A DNA stretch of 64,000 bases, taken from positions 1 through 64,000 of IMG/VR virus record IMGVR_UViG_3300020157_000001; one strand, 5' to 3'. How positions within the stretch are numbered: the first letter of the stretch is position 1; each line of letters begins with the position of its first letter. The position numbers and the translations under genes are program-made. Source of the DNA: a virus. This document shows positions 51,832 through 61,606 of the stretch, one piece after another. Below the pieces are notes generated by a model that made no database searches, was not told where the DNA came from, and saw only the letters and a program-made list of their open reading frames with translations.

Positions 51832-53781
51832 TTATGGGATTTGGGTCTCAAGGTATTCTATTCTGGTCAATGCACCTTGCAGAGCACCGACTACATCTGC
51901 GATCGTTGCAAATAAGTTCCACATGACTGGTACTGCATCGTTTAGATCAGGTTGGTTATCCATTAGCTCAATAGACAAAGTCCGATACTCGTCTTCTGGG
52001 TCAACCCACCCCCAAGAAGCTAGGTAGTGATCAACTAGAGCGACCTCTTCTGCGACGAAACCTCTCTGAAGATGCAGCGAGGTGTACTCGTTATCGTCAG
52101 ATAAAACGCCCCTCTTGAAATAGAACTCAACTGGACGTAGACCCATTATCCGAGCAGTTGAATCTGAGTTCGGGATGCTTTGAATACGCTCTTTCAACAC
52201 CTGCCGAGATGCGACTGTAGTCATAACTCCGAAGCCGTCTGGAGTGCAAACATTTCCTCCGTTAGCTACGGCCATGTTGATGGCTACAGCTCCACTTGTT
52301 CCGTTAATGGCTAGACGCTGCGCTCCGTTCGCATTCATGGAGACTCCTCCGGCTGTTATCGTGAACCCTCCGGAGCTAACGGTCAAACCGCCTGCAACGG
52401 TCACTACGGTATTACTTACCTGAACTTGATGACTGGCATCGTTAGCCGGTCCTCTTATGTATGTACCTCCTGAACCAGAACTAATAAAAGTATCCGATGT
52501 AGTCATTAGCATACCGTAACCATTACCGCCCGTCATTCCTGTAACGGTTATAGCGGAATGAGCTGTCGATAGGGTTCCACCGGGACTCCACACGGTACCT
52601 AGTTGCATTTGGGGGCTTCCACGCCCACCAATCAAGGCGTTACCAGTGCTGGTGCTTATTTCACCATTGGTAACCGTGAACGCTCCAGCGTTTACTGTTA
52701 ACCCAGAGGAGTTTACCGTAGTACGGGCGGTTGTCAGTGTTCCATCCCTTACCTGAACGGAGGTCGCCCCAATTAAGATCAGGGGGGAACCGGAGTCAGC
52801 AACTAAACGAACATCCGAACCGACAACCCCCTGCAAATACCCAGTTCTTACAGCTGCACCTGTATCCCACATACTTAGGTAAGGGTTATTGCCAGACATG
52901 CGTACCGCTTCACCTGTAGCTGCGAACGTAGACATTGCAGAAGCTATAAACGATGTCGTCGTAAGAGCGCCAGTAGGTGCAAGGGAAGCAATACTAGTAG
53001 CATTAGAGAACCATTTGAAAGATGCTCCTGTGGGGGCTGACGACCATAAAGTGCCACTGTTTATACCTATGGCGTAATCAGCATTAGAAGCGTCTAATGA
53101 TGGGTAAAGAACTGCCTTAGTTCCTACTGACCTAGTGGTAGTAGCGGGGGCACCAAGACCAGCGTTGTTCCACTCCAACCAGTTAGATGTAACGCCCCCT
53201 AAGGCTAACTTGACTCCAGCAGCATTGTTTAGAGTAGCGGAAGCAAAGGTAGGAGCAGACGTAGTGTTAATGCTTTGCGGGGTTGATAGAGTAACGGAGT
53301 TAGCAGCGTGGGTAACTACTACTTGATCGGTTGTTCCTGCAACTGTCTTGTACTCGGGGGCCGTGGCAGCAGCATTCATGCCGACTACCTGATTGGCTGT
53401 TCCCTTTGCTAAACGAGTGAACGCAGATGCCCCCGTGGTTGCAGCATAGATAGTGTCTCCTGCAACATATGCTGAGGCACCAGTGCCCCCCTTAGAGGTG
53501 ACAAGGGTAGTAGACAGAGTATCAGCGATTCCATTTCGCTGTTCCGATACAAAGAACACTCGGTCAGACACTCGGTTAGATGCTACAAAAACTGTGGAAC
53601 CTACGGCAGGCACGTTGTAGAGACCAGCGACCATGGACAGTCCGATGTTGGATACATAGGTAAGAACCCCCGCTCCAGTTAGTTCAGGTATCTCAACTTG
53701 GCATATGCCGGTAGAGGCATTAGTTACTCGTACTACGGCTCTGTGCGCTACATACCCTACGGAATGGTTAGACGTAAACAT
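51832..53781 (-). CDS. Baseplate spike OB-fold fused to a tail fibre with peptidase S74 chaperone
   Basis: RAVV...GICQVEIP...PAVGSTVFV (gp5/gpV N-terminus); SRQVLKERI...LRPVEF...GFVAEEV...RIEYLE (S74). Confidence 0.78.
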   Translation of the reverse strand: MFTSNHSVGYVAHRAVVRVTNASTGICQVEIPELTGAGVLTYVSNIGLSMVAGLYNVPAVGSTVFVASNRVSDRVFFVSEQRNGIADTLSTTLVTSKGGTGASAYVAGDTIYAATTGASAFTRLAKGTANQVVGMNAAATAPEYKTVAGTTDQVVVTHAANSVTLSTPQSINTTSAPTFASATLNNAAGVKLALGGVTSNWLEWNNAGLGAPATTTRSVGTKAVLYPSLDASNADYAIGINSGTLWSSAPTGASFKWFSNATSIASLAPTGALTTTSFIASAMSTFAATGEAVRMSGNNPYLSMWDTGAAVRTGYLQGVVGSDVRLVADSGSPLILIGATSVQVRDGTLTTARTTVNSSGLTVNAGAFTVTNGEISTSTGNALIGGRGSPQMQLGTVWSPGGTLSTAHSAITVTGMTGGNGYGMLMTTSDTFISSGSGGTYIRGPANDASHQVQVSNTVVTVAGGLTVSSGGFTITAGGVSMNANGAQRLAINGTSGAVAINMAVANGGNVCTPDGFGVMTTVASRQVLKERIQSIPNSDSTARIMGLRPVEFYFKRGVLSDDNEYTSLHLQRGFVAEEVALVDHYLASWGWVDPEDEYRTLSIELMDNQPDLNDAVPVMWNLFATIADVVGALQGALTRIEYLETQIP

Positions 53782-54913
53782 TTACTGTCCTATATGAGCT
53801 AGTCCATTGGTCATTGACATAGGTTGGCTTGGGGGGCAGTGAGTACGCTTGAGTACCTTTATCCCACAATACATCTACTTTGTTCTTGCGAAGGTCTAAG
53901 GTTGTAACAAACATTCCTGTCCTAAGGAAATGTCGAACACCTTCTACATACCATAGTCCATCAAATAGCCCGTCATACCTATCCAAGTTAACTATCCCAC
54001 CGGGAAGTGCCCCAAGTAATCCAATTACAACTGCTGTTGCGGTGTAGTCGTAGTCTTCTCGTTGGGTGGATTTGAGGAGTCGAACAGCTTGGTCGTATGT
54101 GTTAACAGCCGTATTAAGAGAAGTAGTTATCTCCCCAGCAACATCTAGCTTCTCAACATCGCTGGTAGAAACATCAAAGATTACGCCTAAGTCGGTATGC
54201 ACAGTGGTGCTGGCATCTAGGTACGTGCCGTCTATTGTCATTCTAGAAAACTTTCCATCAAAGGAAGTGATCTGTCCGGGGGAAGGCTTAGACCCCGTAC
54301 GAGTAATGGTGGAGATCTTATGCACGGAAGTGCTTCTTCCAAAGGCTTTGTGGGGGTCAAAGATATGCATATGGGTACCGTGTACGGTTACGCAATACCC
54401 CATGATGTCACAGTACCTAACCAAGAACTGCCAATCGGATTCGTTGGATTGAGTAAGGTTTTCAAATACCAGATCGTCTTTTGGTACGTCAAGAGACAGT
54501 CCGTATGTACTACAGAACTCTCTGGCTACGTACTCCAATGTGTTATTGGCCCACACTCGGCTAATCATTCCCCTCATTTTGTAGGAGGTTCCGAAGCAGA
54601 CAAACACTACCTCTTGAAGGAGGCTTCGGTTAACCGTTCCGTCAGCGGTAACAGACAACGGTTTAACGAATTCTATAGTTCCATAGAACTCTGATACATA
54701 TGAGGGGCCGCTATCCATACGGACAAACACAGGCTTACCTATGTACTCAGTAACGAATCGTGCAGGAACTCCAGCCATAGTTACCTCGCACATATCGTGT
54801 GAGTCAGACTTAAGGTCAATAGTTACAGCAACAACTGAGTTGTAATCGACAGGTACATCACCAATGGTAATGGTAAGAGTTGGAGATATGCCTGTGGCGC
54901 TCTGACGGATCAT
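53768..54913 (-). CDS. Baseplate hub (gp27/P2 gpD/VgrG-like)
   Basis: QSNESDWQFL; G.W.V..V.H; gene order. Confidence 0.82.
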   Translation of the reverse strand: MIRQSATGISPTLTITIGDVPVDYNSVVAVTIDLKSDSHDMCEVTMAGVPARFVTEYIGKPVFVRMDSGPSYVSEFYGTIEFVKPLSVTADGTVNRSLLQEVVFVCFGTSYKMRGMISRVWANNTLEYVAREFCSTYGLSLDVPKDDLVFENLTQSNESDWQFLVRYCDIMGYCVTVHGTHMHIFDPHKAFGRSTSVHKISTITRTGSKPSPGQITSFDGKFSRMTIDGTYLDASTTVHTDLGVIFDVSTSDVEKLDVAGEITTSLNTAVNTYDQAVRLLKSTQREDYDYTATAVVIGLLGALPGGIVNLDRYDGLFDGLWYVEGVRHFLRTGMFVTTLDLRKNKVDVLWDKGTQAYSLPPKPTYVNDQWTSSYRTVNVYV

Positions 54914-55155
54914 CTAGGAATCCGTAGATAATCCCCAACGACAAGATCTTCGGGGAACTTAACCTGAGGATTGATATCAGCAATCTCCCACCAACGGCGA
55001 TCATTGCCCAGAAGACGAGCAGCGACATTGCTAATAGTATCTCCCTGAGCAATTAGGTGTAGGGAGTACTGAACACCGTCAGTATTGACTTTGACAGAAG
55101 CTGTCTGTCCAGAAGCGTCTAGTGCGTAACGAGAGGTGGTGTCAAGTGCAACCAT
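54910..55155 (-). CDS. LysM-like baseplate protein (P2 gpX-like)
   Basis: QGDTISNVAARLLG...WWEIADINP...LRIP. Confidence 0.82.
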   Translation of the reverse strand: MVALDTTSRYALDASGQTASVKVNTDGVQYSLHLIAQGDTISNVAARLLGNDRRWWEIADINPQVKFPEDLVVGDYLRIPR

Positions 55156-55156
55156 A

Positions 55157-56968
55157 TCAGCGACCCGGCCTTGAGATAGATGGTTTTGGATTAACCGTAG
55201 TGGTGGTAGCACCAACAGTAGAGGAGGTACCGGGAACTAGAGACCCTGCTCTACTTTGCGAGGGCTTCACTACGGGAGGAGTGACAAATACTGTGGAGGG
55301 GGACACAGAAGGATTTGATTGGGGACCGTTAGCTGGGGGTAAGGTAGATCCCGGCATGATTCCACCATCCCAGTTAATAACTACATCATTCCAAATAGTT
55401 GCGGAGTCGTTGTTCTCTGCGGGGTTGGACACTGATTTGTAGGACTTTCCATGTCCAGTAACTGAGTCTGCCCCGATAGTAACAGTAACCGACACGTTGA
55501 AAACCATCATCCATACAGAGTTACCTCCAAACCAGTCACTTGTATCCACTAGGGTTCCCTCGGGAGGGGTTGATTTGGAAGTAACAACTTTTCCAACTGT
55601 ACTTTTATTTAAGTAGTTTGTCCTGTAGTTGGTGTCAGAACCCCAGTTAGTGTTAGCAATCTTCTCTATTCCGTATAGATGTGACCAGTCTGGAATGTCA
55701 GATTGAACTGAGGAGGACAACTTGTGTAGTTTGGAGTCAAGAGTCCCGTCGTCAACAAAATCAGTTGTCTTAAGAAGTGGACCATACACATCCACACTTG
55801 CATCTACGTGGATAGTTGCGTCTTGGTCGGATGTTGAATCTAGTTTATTCTTTATCTTGTCAGTTGTAGACCACGCGCACACAGCCTGAAGCCAATCAGA
55901 TCCATACTTTTGGCTACCCATGCTTTTAACATTAGCTACTCTAAGGGTGGTATCAGGACCGTTCCAATTATCTTTATAAAGGAGAGCTACCTTTACGGAA
56001 GGGAACGATTGAATGAGTGAGTTTGCATGTGCTATCTGAGCAGCGGTTGCTGCGGATTGCGTAGCTACCCACGTGTCATGCTGAGACTTCAGAGACTCAG
56101 TGGTGAACGTAGACTTCTTAGCGTATCCGACGTACGTTGCAACCATCTGTAATGTGCATCGTGCTCGCATAGGAACCATTGTCGAAGTAAACTTCTGATA
56201 CTCAATATCCACGTTGCTAACAAAACCCTCAACGATAAAGAGTGAGGAGAACACAACACGAACAGGAAGAGGCTGCAAGAACGCCGAGTTACCGAAGTTA
56301 ACAGCTCCAATGATATTAGGAACATTGGTTTTAGCTTTTTCGTACTTCGCGGCATCGGCTGATGAACCTTGAGCTTCCTGCTCAGCCACGATCTGCCGCA
56401 TAGCTACCTTCTGTGCGTAGTCAACGCTTTGGGGGGTGAGTCCAACTCCGATGACAGCGTTAAGAGCAGCGATGTCCCTGAGTACACCAACTTGGTTAGG
56501 GTTCAAATCCAAGAGCATGTTGTTAGCCATATCTGGATTCACCCCTGACAAGTTACTTGACTCATTCAGTTCCATGGATCTATCGAAGTCAATGGAAAAC
56601 TGAAAGTTGGTATTGGCTGCAACTGGGACTGAGAACTGACCTATGTCCTGCTGCATCATGTTCAAAAGGTCTTGTGCCATAGCTACGGAAGTGGCTAAGC
56701 GTTCTGGATTAAACTGAAAGGCGCACTTGCGTATCTGTAAGGATACGCCTTCCATATCTGTCATAAGAGATCTGATATACCCACGTTGAATCTTTGTGGT
56801 GTATACGTTTCCAGAACTAGATTGATTGCGTATGGTATTGCCGGGGAACTTAAAGGGTGGATTGTCTGCGGAGCCGGTAGCCCAGTGACCATTAGGTCCT
56901 GCGGATAGTTGTTCTTCTCCAGCCTTACCAGCACCGAAGAACTGATCGTTGTTAAATCCTGTGCTCAT
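55157..56968 (-). CDS. Tail tube initiator / CIS tube-like protein with C-terminal extension
   Basis: FQFNPERL, FDRS, EGFVSNVDIEY..F...MVP; lies between tape measure and LysM genes. Confidence 0.65.
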   Translation of the reverse strand: MSTGFNNDQFFGAGKAGEEQLSAGPNGHWATGSADNPPFKFPGNTIRNQSSSGNVYTTKIQRGYIRSLMTDMEGVSLQIRKCAFQFNPERLATSVAMAQDLLNMMQQDIGQFSVPVAANTNFQFSIDFDRSMELNESSNLSGVNPDMANNMLLDLNPNQVGVLRDIAALNAVIGVGLTPQSVDYAQKVAMRQIVAEQEAQGSSADAAKYEKAKTNVPNIIGAVNFGNSAFLQPLPVRVVFSSLFIVEGFVSNVDIEYQKFTSTMVPMRARCTLQMVATYVGYAKKSTFTTESLKSQHDTWVATQSAATAAQIAHANSLIQSFPSVKVALLYKDNWNGPDTTLRVANVKSMGSQKYGSDWLQAVCAWSTTDKIKNKLDSTSDQDATIHVDASVDVYGPLLKTTDFVDDGTLDSKLHKLSSSVQSDIPDWSHLYGIEKIANTNWGSDTNYRTNYLNKSTVGKVVTSKSTPPEGTLVDTSDWFGGNSVWMMVFNVSVTVTIGADSVTGHGKSYKSVSNPAENNDSATIWNDVVINWDGGIMPGSTLPPANGPQSNPSVSPSTVFVTPPVVKPSQSRAGSLVPGTSSTVGATTTTVNPKPSISRPGR

Positions 56969-59900
56969 CGCGTCCTCAATAATTCAGTGTCTAGTTCTGA
57001 CTTGATCGCGTCTCGAACCTGATTGGCTATCTTTCTGATATCAACATCTGCTGGTACCCCTTGAAACGTGAAGTTCATAGGCATCGTTATAGACGGGGAT
57101 GAGTTGATATGCACGGTGCTGTTACCGCTAGTCGGTGGAGCCATATTCCCAGAAGACCTAGGCATGGGGTCACCGGATACTGAGACCCTGCTAGATGAAA
57201 CTGGCGTGCCACCAACTGGTAGGTTTTGGATAGGCATAGGGTCACCGCTATTAAACCCTGCCTGCTTAACTCCATCTATTGCAAGGGGCATCTGCTTCTG
57301 AATGGCGGGGGAATCTATACCGTTCTCTGGCTTGTAACCTAGCCAGTCGTAAAGAGCTTTATCACCCTTAGCAGATCCACCCCTCTTTGAATACGCCGCA
57401 AAGGCTGCTTTAGCAGCAATGTTAGGATCAAGGAGTTGAGATCCTGTGTACCCTAGTTTGGTCATTAGGGGGCCGAGTGCTTCTGGGCGCATGTTGATCT
57501 GCCAGAGACCATAGGATTGATCCTTGGTCGTGTTATTCATGTTCATGCTGCTTGGGTGACCACTGGATTCACGAAGAGCTACAGCGACCATTGTTGTTAG
57601 ATCTTTGCCACGGAACCCAGCGTTGAAAGCTACTTGAGCGATCTGTGCTGGTGTCATAGTTCCATCTTTGGGAATGGAAAGACTAGCTCCCGTAGGTGCG
57701 GGGGAAGCTCCCGACGACGTACCGGCTAATGTATTCTGACCTTGGCTATTCCCTCCTGACCCCATAGCTTCCCCTAGGGAAAGTCGTGGTCGTACTCTTC
57801 CACGATCTAGGGTAAGTCCAAGGTTACCTCTGCCCGTACTCAGCGGATTAGGTGATGAGGTAGTTCCAGCTACGTTTGCACCATCAGTGATGCTTATTGC
57901 TGGGGGAGATCCTGCGGTGGCCTCTTTGGGAAGGGGGGAATCGGTAGAGCCGTCTGCGTACTTACCCTTTGCAACGCCCTTCTCATACTCTCCTCTACCT
58001 GCTGGAAACTCTGAAGGTTGAGTATGCCAAGGCTCTGAGTTCTCATTAGCAAACGTCTTCAGACCAAAGCGAGCAGCATTGGATTGCCACCAGTTGAGGT
58101 CTCCCTTAAGGTCAGCGGCAAGACCGATCTCATGCATGGACTGGCCGGGAGGGGCGGCATCCGCACCCTTAACTTTTATCCAGTTAGACCCTTGCCACTC
58201 AACTGTGTCTTTCGTCTTCGTAGCAGTCTTGCGATACCTGTCCAAGAAGGTACGCTCTTGAGTAGCTGAGCTTCTCCAACCTTCACCTATACCGAGGGCT
58301 GGATGTTCACGGAATGCTTTAAGAAGACGTTCCTTCAGAATCGGCTTGAGCTGAGCAAACGTGGACCAAGACTTTAGTTGAGTAAGGGTCTTTGTCTCGT
58401 TCTTCCAACCAACTGGGATGGAAATGTTATCGTCGTTAGCTGCTGAGGCAGAATTGGCCGGAGGGGTGGGGGTGGGCTGAGCGGACGGAGTAGCGGCAGG
58501 TGCTGGAGAGGCTGACGGTACTGGAGATACGGAGCCGGGGTTGGCGGTAGAAGAAGACCCAGCAGTGGCTGTAGACACATCGGCTGGGTTAGCGGGGGCA
58601 CCGTCGCCACCTGTTGCTACCGACGAAACTCCACTGACTACTCCTCCTGCAAGAGCAAGTGGGATACCAATTTCTGGGGCGATAAAGCTCATGGCGGCAC
58701 CGGCAGTACCCATAGCATTGCCAACGAACTTGCCAATTCCTCCTAGTGCTTGCTGGAAACCACGGGTATTAGCGCGAGCACCTATAAGGCCACTCAGTTT
58801 GTCTTCAACCTTACCCAAAGCTTTAATCAGAGACTGGTTTGACTTCTCAAGCTTGGAGTAATTATCAGCTTGCCTGCGATACATGTTCTCTTCGCGCTGA
58901 CCCTGTACACGCTTGGTCTCTTCAGACTGGTTAGCGAAGTTATCCTCAACGCCCATGCGCTTGCGGTCAGCCTTCTTGCTAGGGTCGTAGTCCCCCTTGC
59001 CACCCTTCTTCTTAAACTGGATGTTCTCTTGGGCGTACTGAAGCATCAAGTCTTGAGCTTGAGCGTCAAGTCCTAGGTTGGAGAGGTTTGCTCGTACAGC
59101 GGAACCTTGCTGGAAGGCTCCTTTAAGAGTCTTCTCATTACCAAGACCGGACATCTTTCCAATCTTCTGGAAAGACTGGAACATGTCTGCTGCCCCGCCA
59201 CCCATCTTATTGAAGTTAGTACCTCCAGTAAGGGCGAACATTCGGTTAGCAACTTGAGGACCCATCAATGAGTTCTGCATACCAACGAGGTCTTGCGTTG
59301 ATACGGAGTATCCAGTCGCAGCACGCATCGCCTCATATCCAGCAGCTTGTTTACCTGCGTCGATACCATATCGAACTTGATTAGAGAGAAGGGCGTTGAG
59401 TCCACCATCTCCAAGCTTGTAGTTGGTGAGAGGTTTACGAAGGTTGTTAGCAACCTGATTCTGGGACATGCCCGTCATCTGTTGCTGCACCATGCTTAGA
59501 CGATCAGCGGGGAGGGCGTACGCCATGTTCTCGTCAATGCGACGGTCTGCTAGTTGAACACCTTTACTCGCAATTGATGTTGCTGCGGCAAAGGCCCCCG
59601 CAACAATAGATCCTTTAGACGTTCCAGAGGACTCAGCGATAGCGCCGCCAATGCCCTTAATCTTGGACATGAACCCACCGGCTTCGGGGGGACCGGAGGT
59701 GGAAGGAACGGAACTACCGGGGGCACCGATAGTAGTGGACTTAAGCTTACCTACGGTTTTAGGACCACCGCTTGGTGTACTGGTGGACACTGCTCCCGCT
59801 ACAGAGGTACCAGCTTTAGTAGCGTCAGAGATTAAACCTTGAAACTCTGCTCTGGCCTTCTTAATGGCTTGAGTGAGGCTATTAAAGGCTGTGGTGATTG

Positions 59901-59994
59901 ACCTGACAGAAGACGTGTCAGCGGTAACACCTGTTTTAGACGAAGCTATAGAGCGGGTGTGTTCACCGCCAATACCTGCCTCTGAATCTGCCAT
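56965..59994 (-). CDS. Tape measure protein with M15-type peptidase and lytic transglycosylase domains
   Basis: Helical N-half; GWRS...Q...PGQSMHEIGLAAD...EPWH; ALRESSG...YGLWQINM...DPNIAAKAA. Confidence 0.85.
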   Translation of the reverse strand: MADSEAGIGGEHTRSIASSKTGVTADTSSVRSITTAFNSLTQAIKKARAEFQGLISDATKAGTSVAGAVSTSTPSGGPKTVGKLKSTTIGAPGSSVPSTSGPPEAGGFMSKIKGIGGAIAESSGTSKGSIVAGAFAAATSIASKGVQLADRRIDENMAYALPADRLSMVQQQMTGMSQNQVANNLRKPLTNYKLGDGGLNALLSNQVRYGIDAGKQAAGYEAMRAATGYSVSTQDLVGMQNSLMGPQVANRMFALTGGTNFNKMGGGAADMFQSFQKIGKMSGLGNEKTLKGAFQQGSAVRANLSNLGLDAQAQDLMLQYAQENIQFKKKGGKGDYDPSKKADRKRMGVEDNFANQSEETKRVQGQREENMYRRQADNYSKLEKSNQSLIKALGKVEDKLSGLIGARANTRGFQQALGGIGKFVGNAMGTAGAAMSFIAPEIGIPLALAGGVVSGVSSVATGGDGAPANPADVSTATAGSSSTANPGSVSPVPSASPAPAATPSAQPTPTPPANSASAANDDNISIPVGWKNETKTLTQLKSWSTFAQLKPILKERLLKAFREHPALGIGEGWRSSATQERTFLDRYRKTATKTKDTVEWQGSNWIKVKGADAAPPGQSMHEIGLAADLKGDLNWWQSNAARFGLKTFANENSEPWHTQPSEFPAGRGEYEKGVAKGKYADGSTDSPLPKEATAGSPPAISITDGANVAGTTSSPNPLSTGRGNLGLTLDRGRVRPRLSLGEAMGSGGNSQGQNTLAGTSSGASPAPTGASLSIPKDGTMTPAQIAQVAFNAGFRGKDLTTMVAVALRESSGHPSSMNMNNTTKDQSYGLWQINMRPEALGPLMTKLGYTGSQLLDPNIAAKAAFAAYSKRGGSAKGDKALYDWLGYKPENGIDSPAIQKQMPLAIDGVKQAGFNSGDPMPIQNLPVGGTPVSSSRVSVSGDPMPRSSGNMAPPTSGNSTVHINSSPSITMPMNFTFQGVPADVDIRKIANQVRDAIKSELDTELLRTR

Positions 59995-60006
59995 TGCCGC
60001 CTCCGT

Positions 60007-60153
60007 CTACTTACTACGCCAGACCGCCATTCGGAACCAGTAATCCCGAGCACGAACTGACATGTTCTTTATTGATTCTAGATTAAACCCTTTGTAGACA
60101 GAGGCTATGGCTTCGTATTCCCAATAAAGTTCTCCGATATTAACCGAGTAGAA
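60007..60153 (-). CDS. Probable frameshifted extension of the tail assembly chaperone
   Basis: +1 frame FYSVNIGELYWEYEAIA...RDYWFRMAVWRSK overlaps the chaperone end and has no start codon of its own before the YWEY segment. Confidence 0.6.
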   Translation of the reverse strand, partial: FYSVNIGELYWEYEAIASVYKGFNLESIKNMSVRARDYWFRMAVWRSK

Positions 60154-60931
60154 GTGAGACCCAGTTGAGCGCAACTGTCATATCAACTTCACAATGGGCA
60201 CAATGGGTATTCACCGCCCCCAACTTTGGTCCTAGCTCGATACTAAGAAGTCGGTCAACAATCTTATGGCGGTCACCTAAGTTTATCTTACGCGCCCACT
60301 CCAAACGGTTAGAAGGCTCATCCTCAGCAGAGAATACTGCACACCGAGAGAGGATAAGGGTGTTGGCTTCTGCATCGTTCTTACACTTTGATGCAGCAGT
60401 TGTGTCTGCTCCTGTGGGAATGTTGAAGAGGTAGGTGCGATTACGGCCCTTGATCTCTATTGGGGAATCAACTTTGAAGTCAGGCTTCTTGTAGATGAAG
60501 TCCTTATCAAGTTCAATATCAATATCGTTCTTCTCTCCGCAAGAGTTGCAAGCAGCTTGCACGGTGCGGATCAACCCATAGGTAGCACGGATAACAGCAA
60601 GATACAGAATGTCCCGATCCCCATTGATAAGGGTATCAAGAACACTAGGACTGGTGATAGGGGTATCACCTATGCTGATAACTGTTCTGCCAAGGAGGGC
60701 AGTTAGGTATTCACCAAAACTTACTCCATCCTTGGCAGCTAGAACAGCTAATGCCTCTTCGTCGGTACCATCCATCTCACGAACTTGTGCCTTAGTGTCA
60801 AACTGATTGGTATCAGCGTTCCACAACCCACGTATAAGTTCTGTTTCAGTTGATAGTGCTGGCTGCATATAGGGGGCTTTTTCTTCCGCTATAGCATCGT
60901 TGATTGAATCTACCCCTGCGGTAGCGCTCAT
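60140..60931 (-). CDS. Tail assembly chaperone (T4 gp26/gp51-like, CxxC pairs)
   Basis: VREMDGTDEE...GDRD...TYG...CNSC...PTGAD...CAHC; between tube and tape measure genes. Confidence 0.8.
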   Translation of the reverse strand: MSATAGVDSINDAIAEEKAPYMQPALSTETELIRGLWNADTNQFDTKAQVREMDGTDEEALAVLAAKDGVSFGEYLTALLGRTVISIGDTPITSPSVLDTLINGDRDILYLAVIRATYGLIRTVQAACNSCGEKNDIDIELDKDFIYKKPDFKVDSPIEIKGRNRTYLFNIPTGADTTAASKCKNDAEANTLILSRCAVFSAEDEPSNRLEWARKINLGDRHKIVDRLLSIELGPKLGAVNTHCAHCEVDMTVALNWVSLLLG

Positions 60932-60973
60932 GGTGTTCTCCTAGTGTAAGACGTATGTATAACTAACTCAGAA

Positions 60974-61588
60974 TTAGAGTCCGGTGAGTGGTGCTTCTCC
61001 GTTAGCGTCCGAAGCAAACGACACAGCGAAACCTTCATGGTTGATAACCATCTGCTGAATCATAATGCTGCTTTCGCCAGCCGACAAGTCGGTGAGCGAG
61101 TACGAAGCTGGCCAACAGTTGTACAGCTTGAAAGCAAGCTTACGCCTGCCGGGGCTGGCGTTGTTGTTAACAGCTTCACCGGGGGTGGTGTAACTGCCGC
61201 TTGATACGGGATGATCATATACTGATACGAGGATATCGGCGCGGTAGTCATTGTCGTTGGACGATGAGCCGCCACCAACACCACCCTGAGTCCAGTTATG
61301 CATGAAGGTTTGCCACTTGTACAGGCTTGCTTCGTGGGCAAAAAGGCCCTTGCTAAAGGTGACTGGGGCGTAATCAGACTGCCCGATCATCTTATGAGGG
61401 TGGGTATTCATGCCACCCTCACGGTACTGGATGAGTTCGTTGCTGACCGAAAGACCGGAGACAACCGCGAAGCCAAGTGTACCTATCTGCTGATCACCGA
61501 CTTGGTTCTTCAGGGCTGCTCCCTGAGGAAGAATCTGCACTCGGAACTTAAAGTTGCGAATTGGATCTGTTTTATTTGGACGTGCCAT
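60974..61588 (-). CDS. Tail tube protein (T4 gp19-like)
   Basis: DPIRNFKFRV...GF..VSGL...YREGG...VTFSKG...LYNCWP. Confidence 0.92.
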   Translation of the reverse strand: MARPNKTDPIRNFKFRVQILPQGAALKNQVGDQQIGTLGFAVVSGLSVSNELIQYREGGMNTHPHKMIGQSDYAPVTFSKGLFAHEASLYKWQTFMHNWTQGGVGGGSSSNDNDYRADILVSVYDHPVSSGSYTTPGEAVNNNASPGRRKLAFKLYNCWPASYSLTDLSAGESSIMIQQMVINHEGFAVSFASDANGEAPLTGL

Positions 61589-61606
61589 TGCTAACTCCTA
61601 GGGTAC

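Noticed and set aside
60121-60130. CCAATAAAGT half-site of the early motif
   Set aside because: Only a half-site, inside a coding frame, with no symmetric partner.
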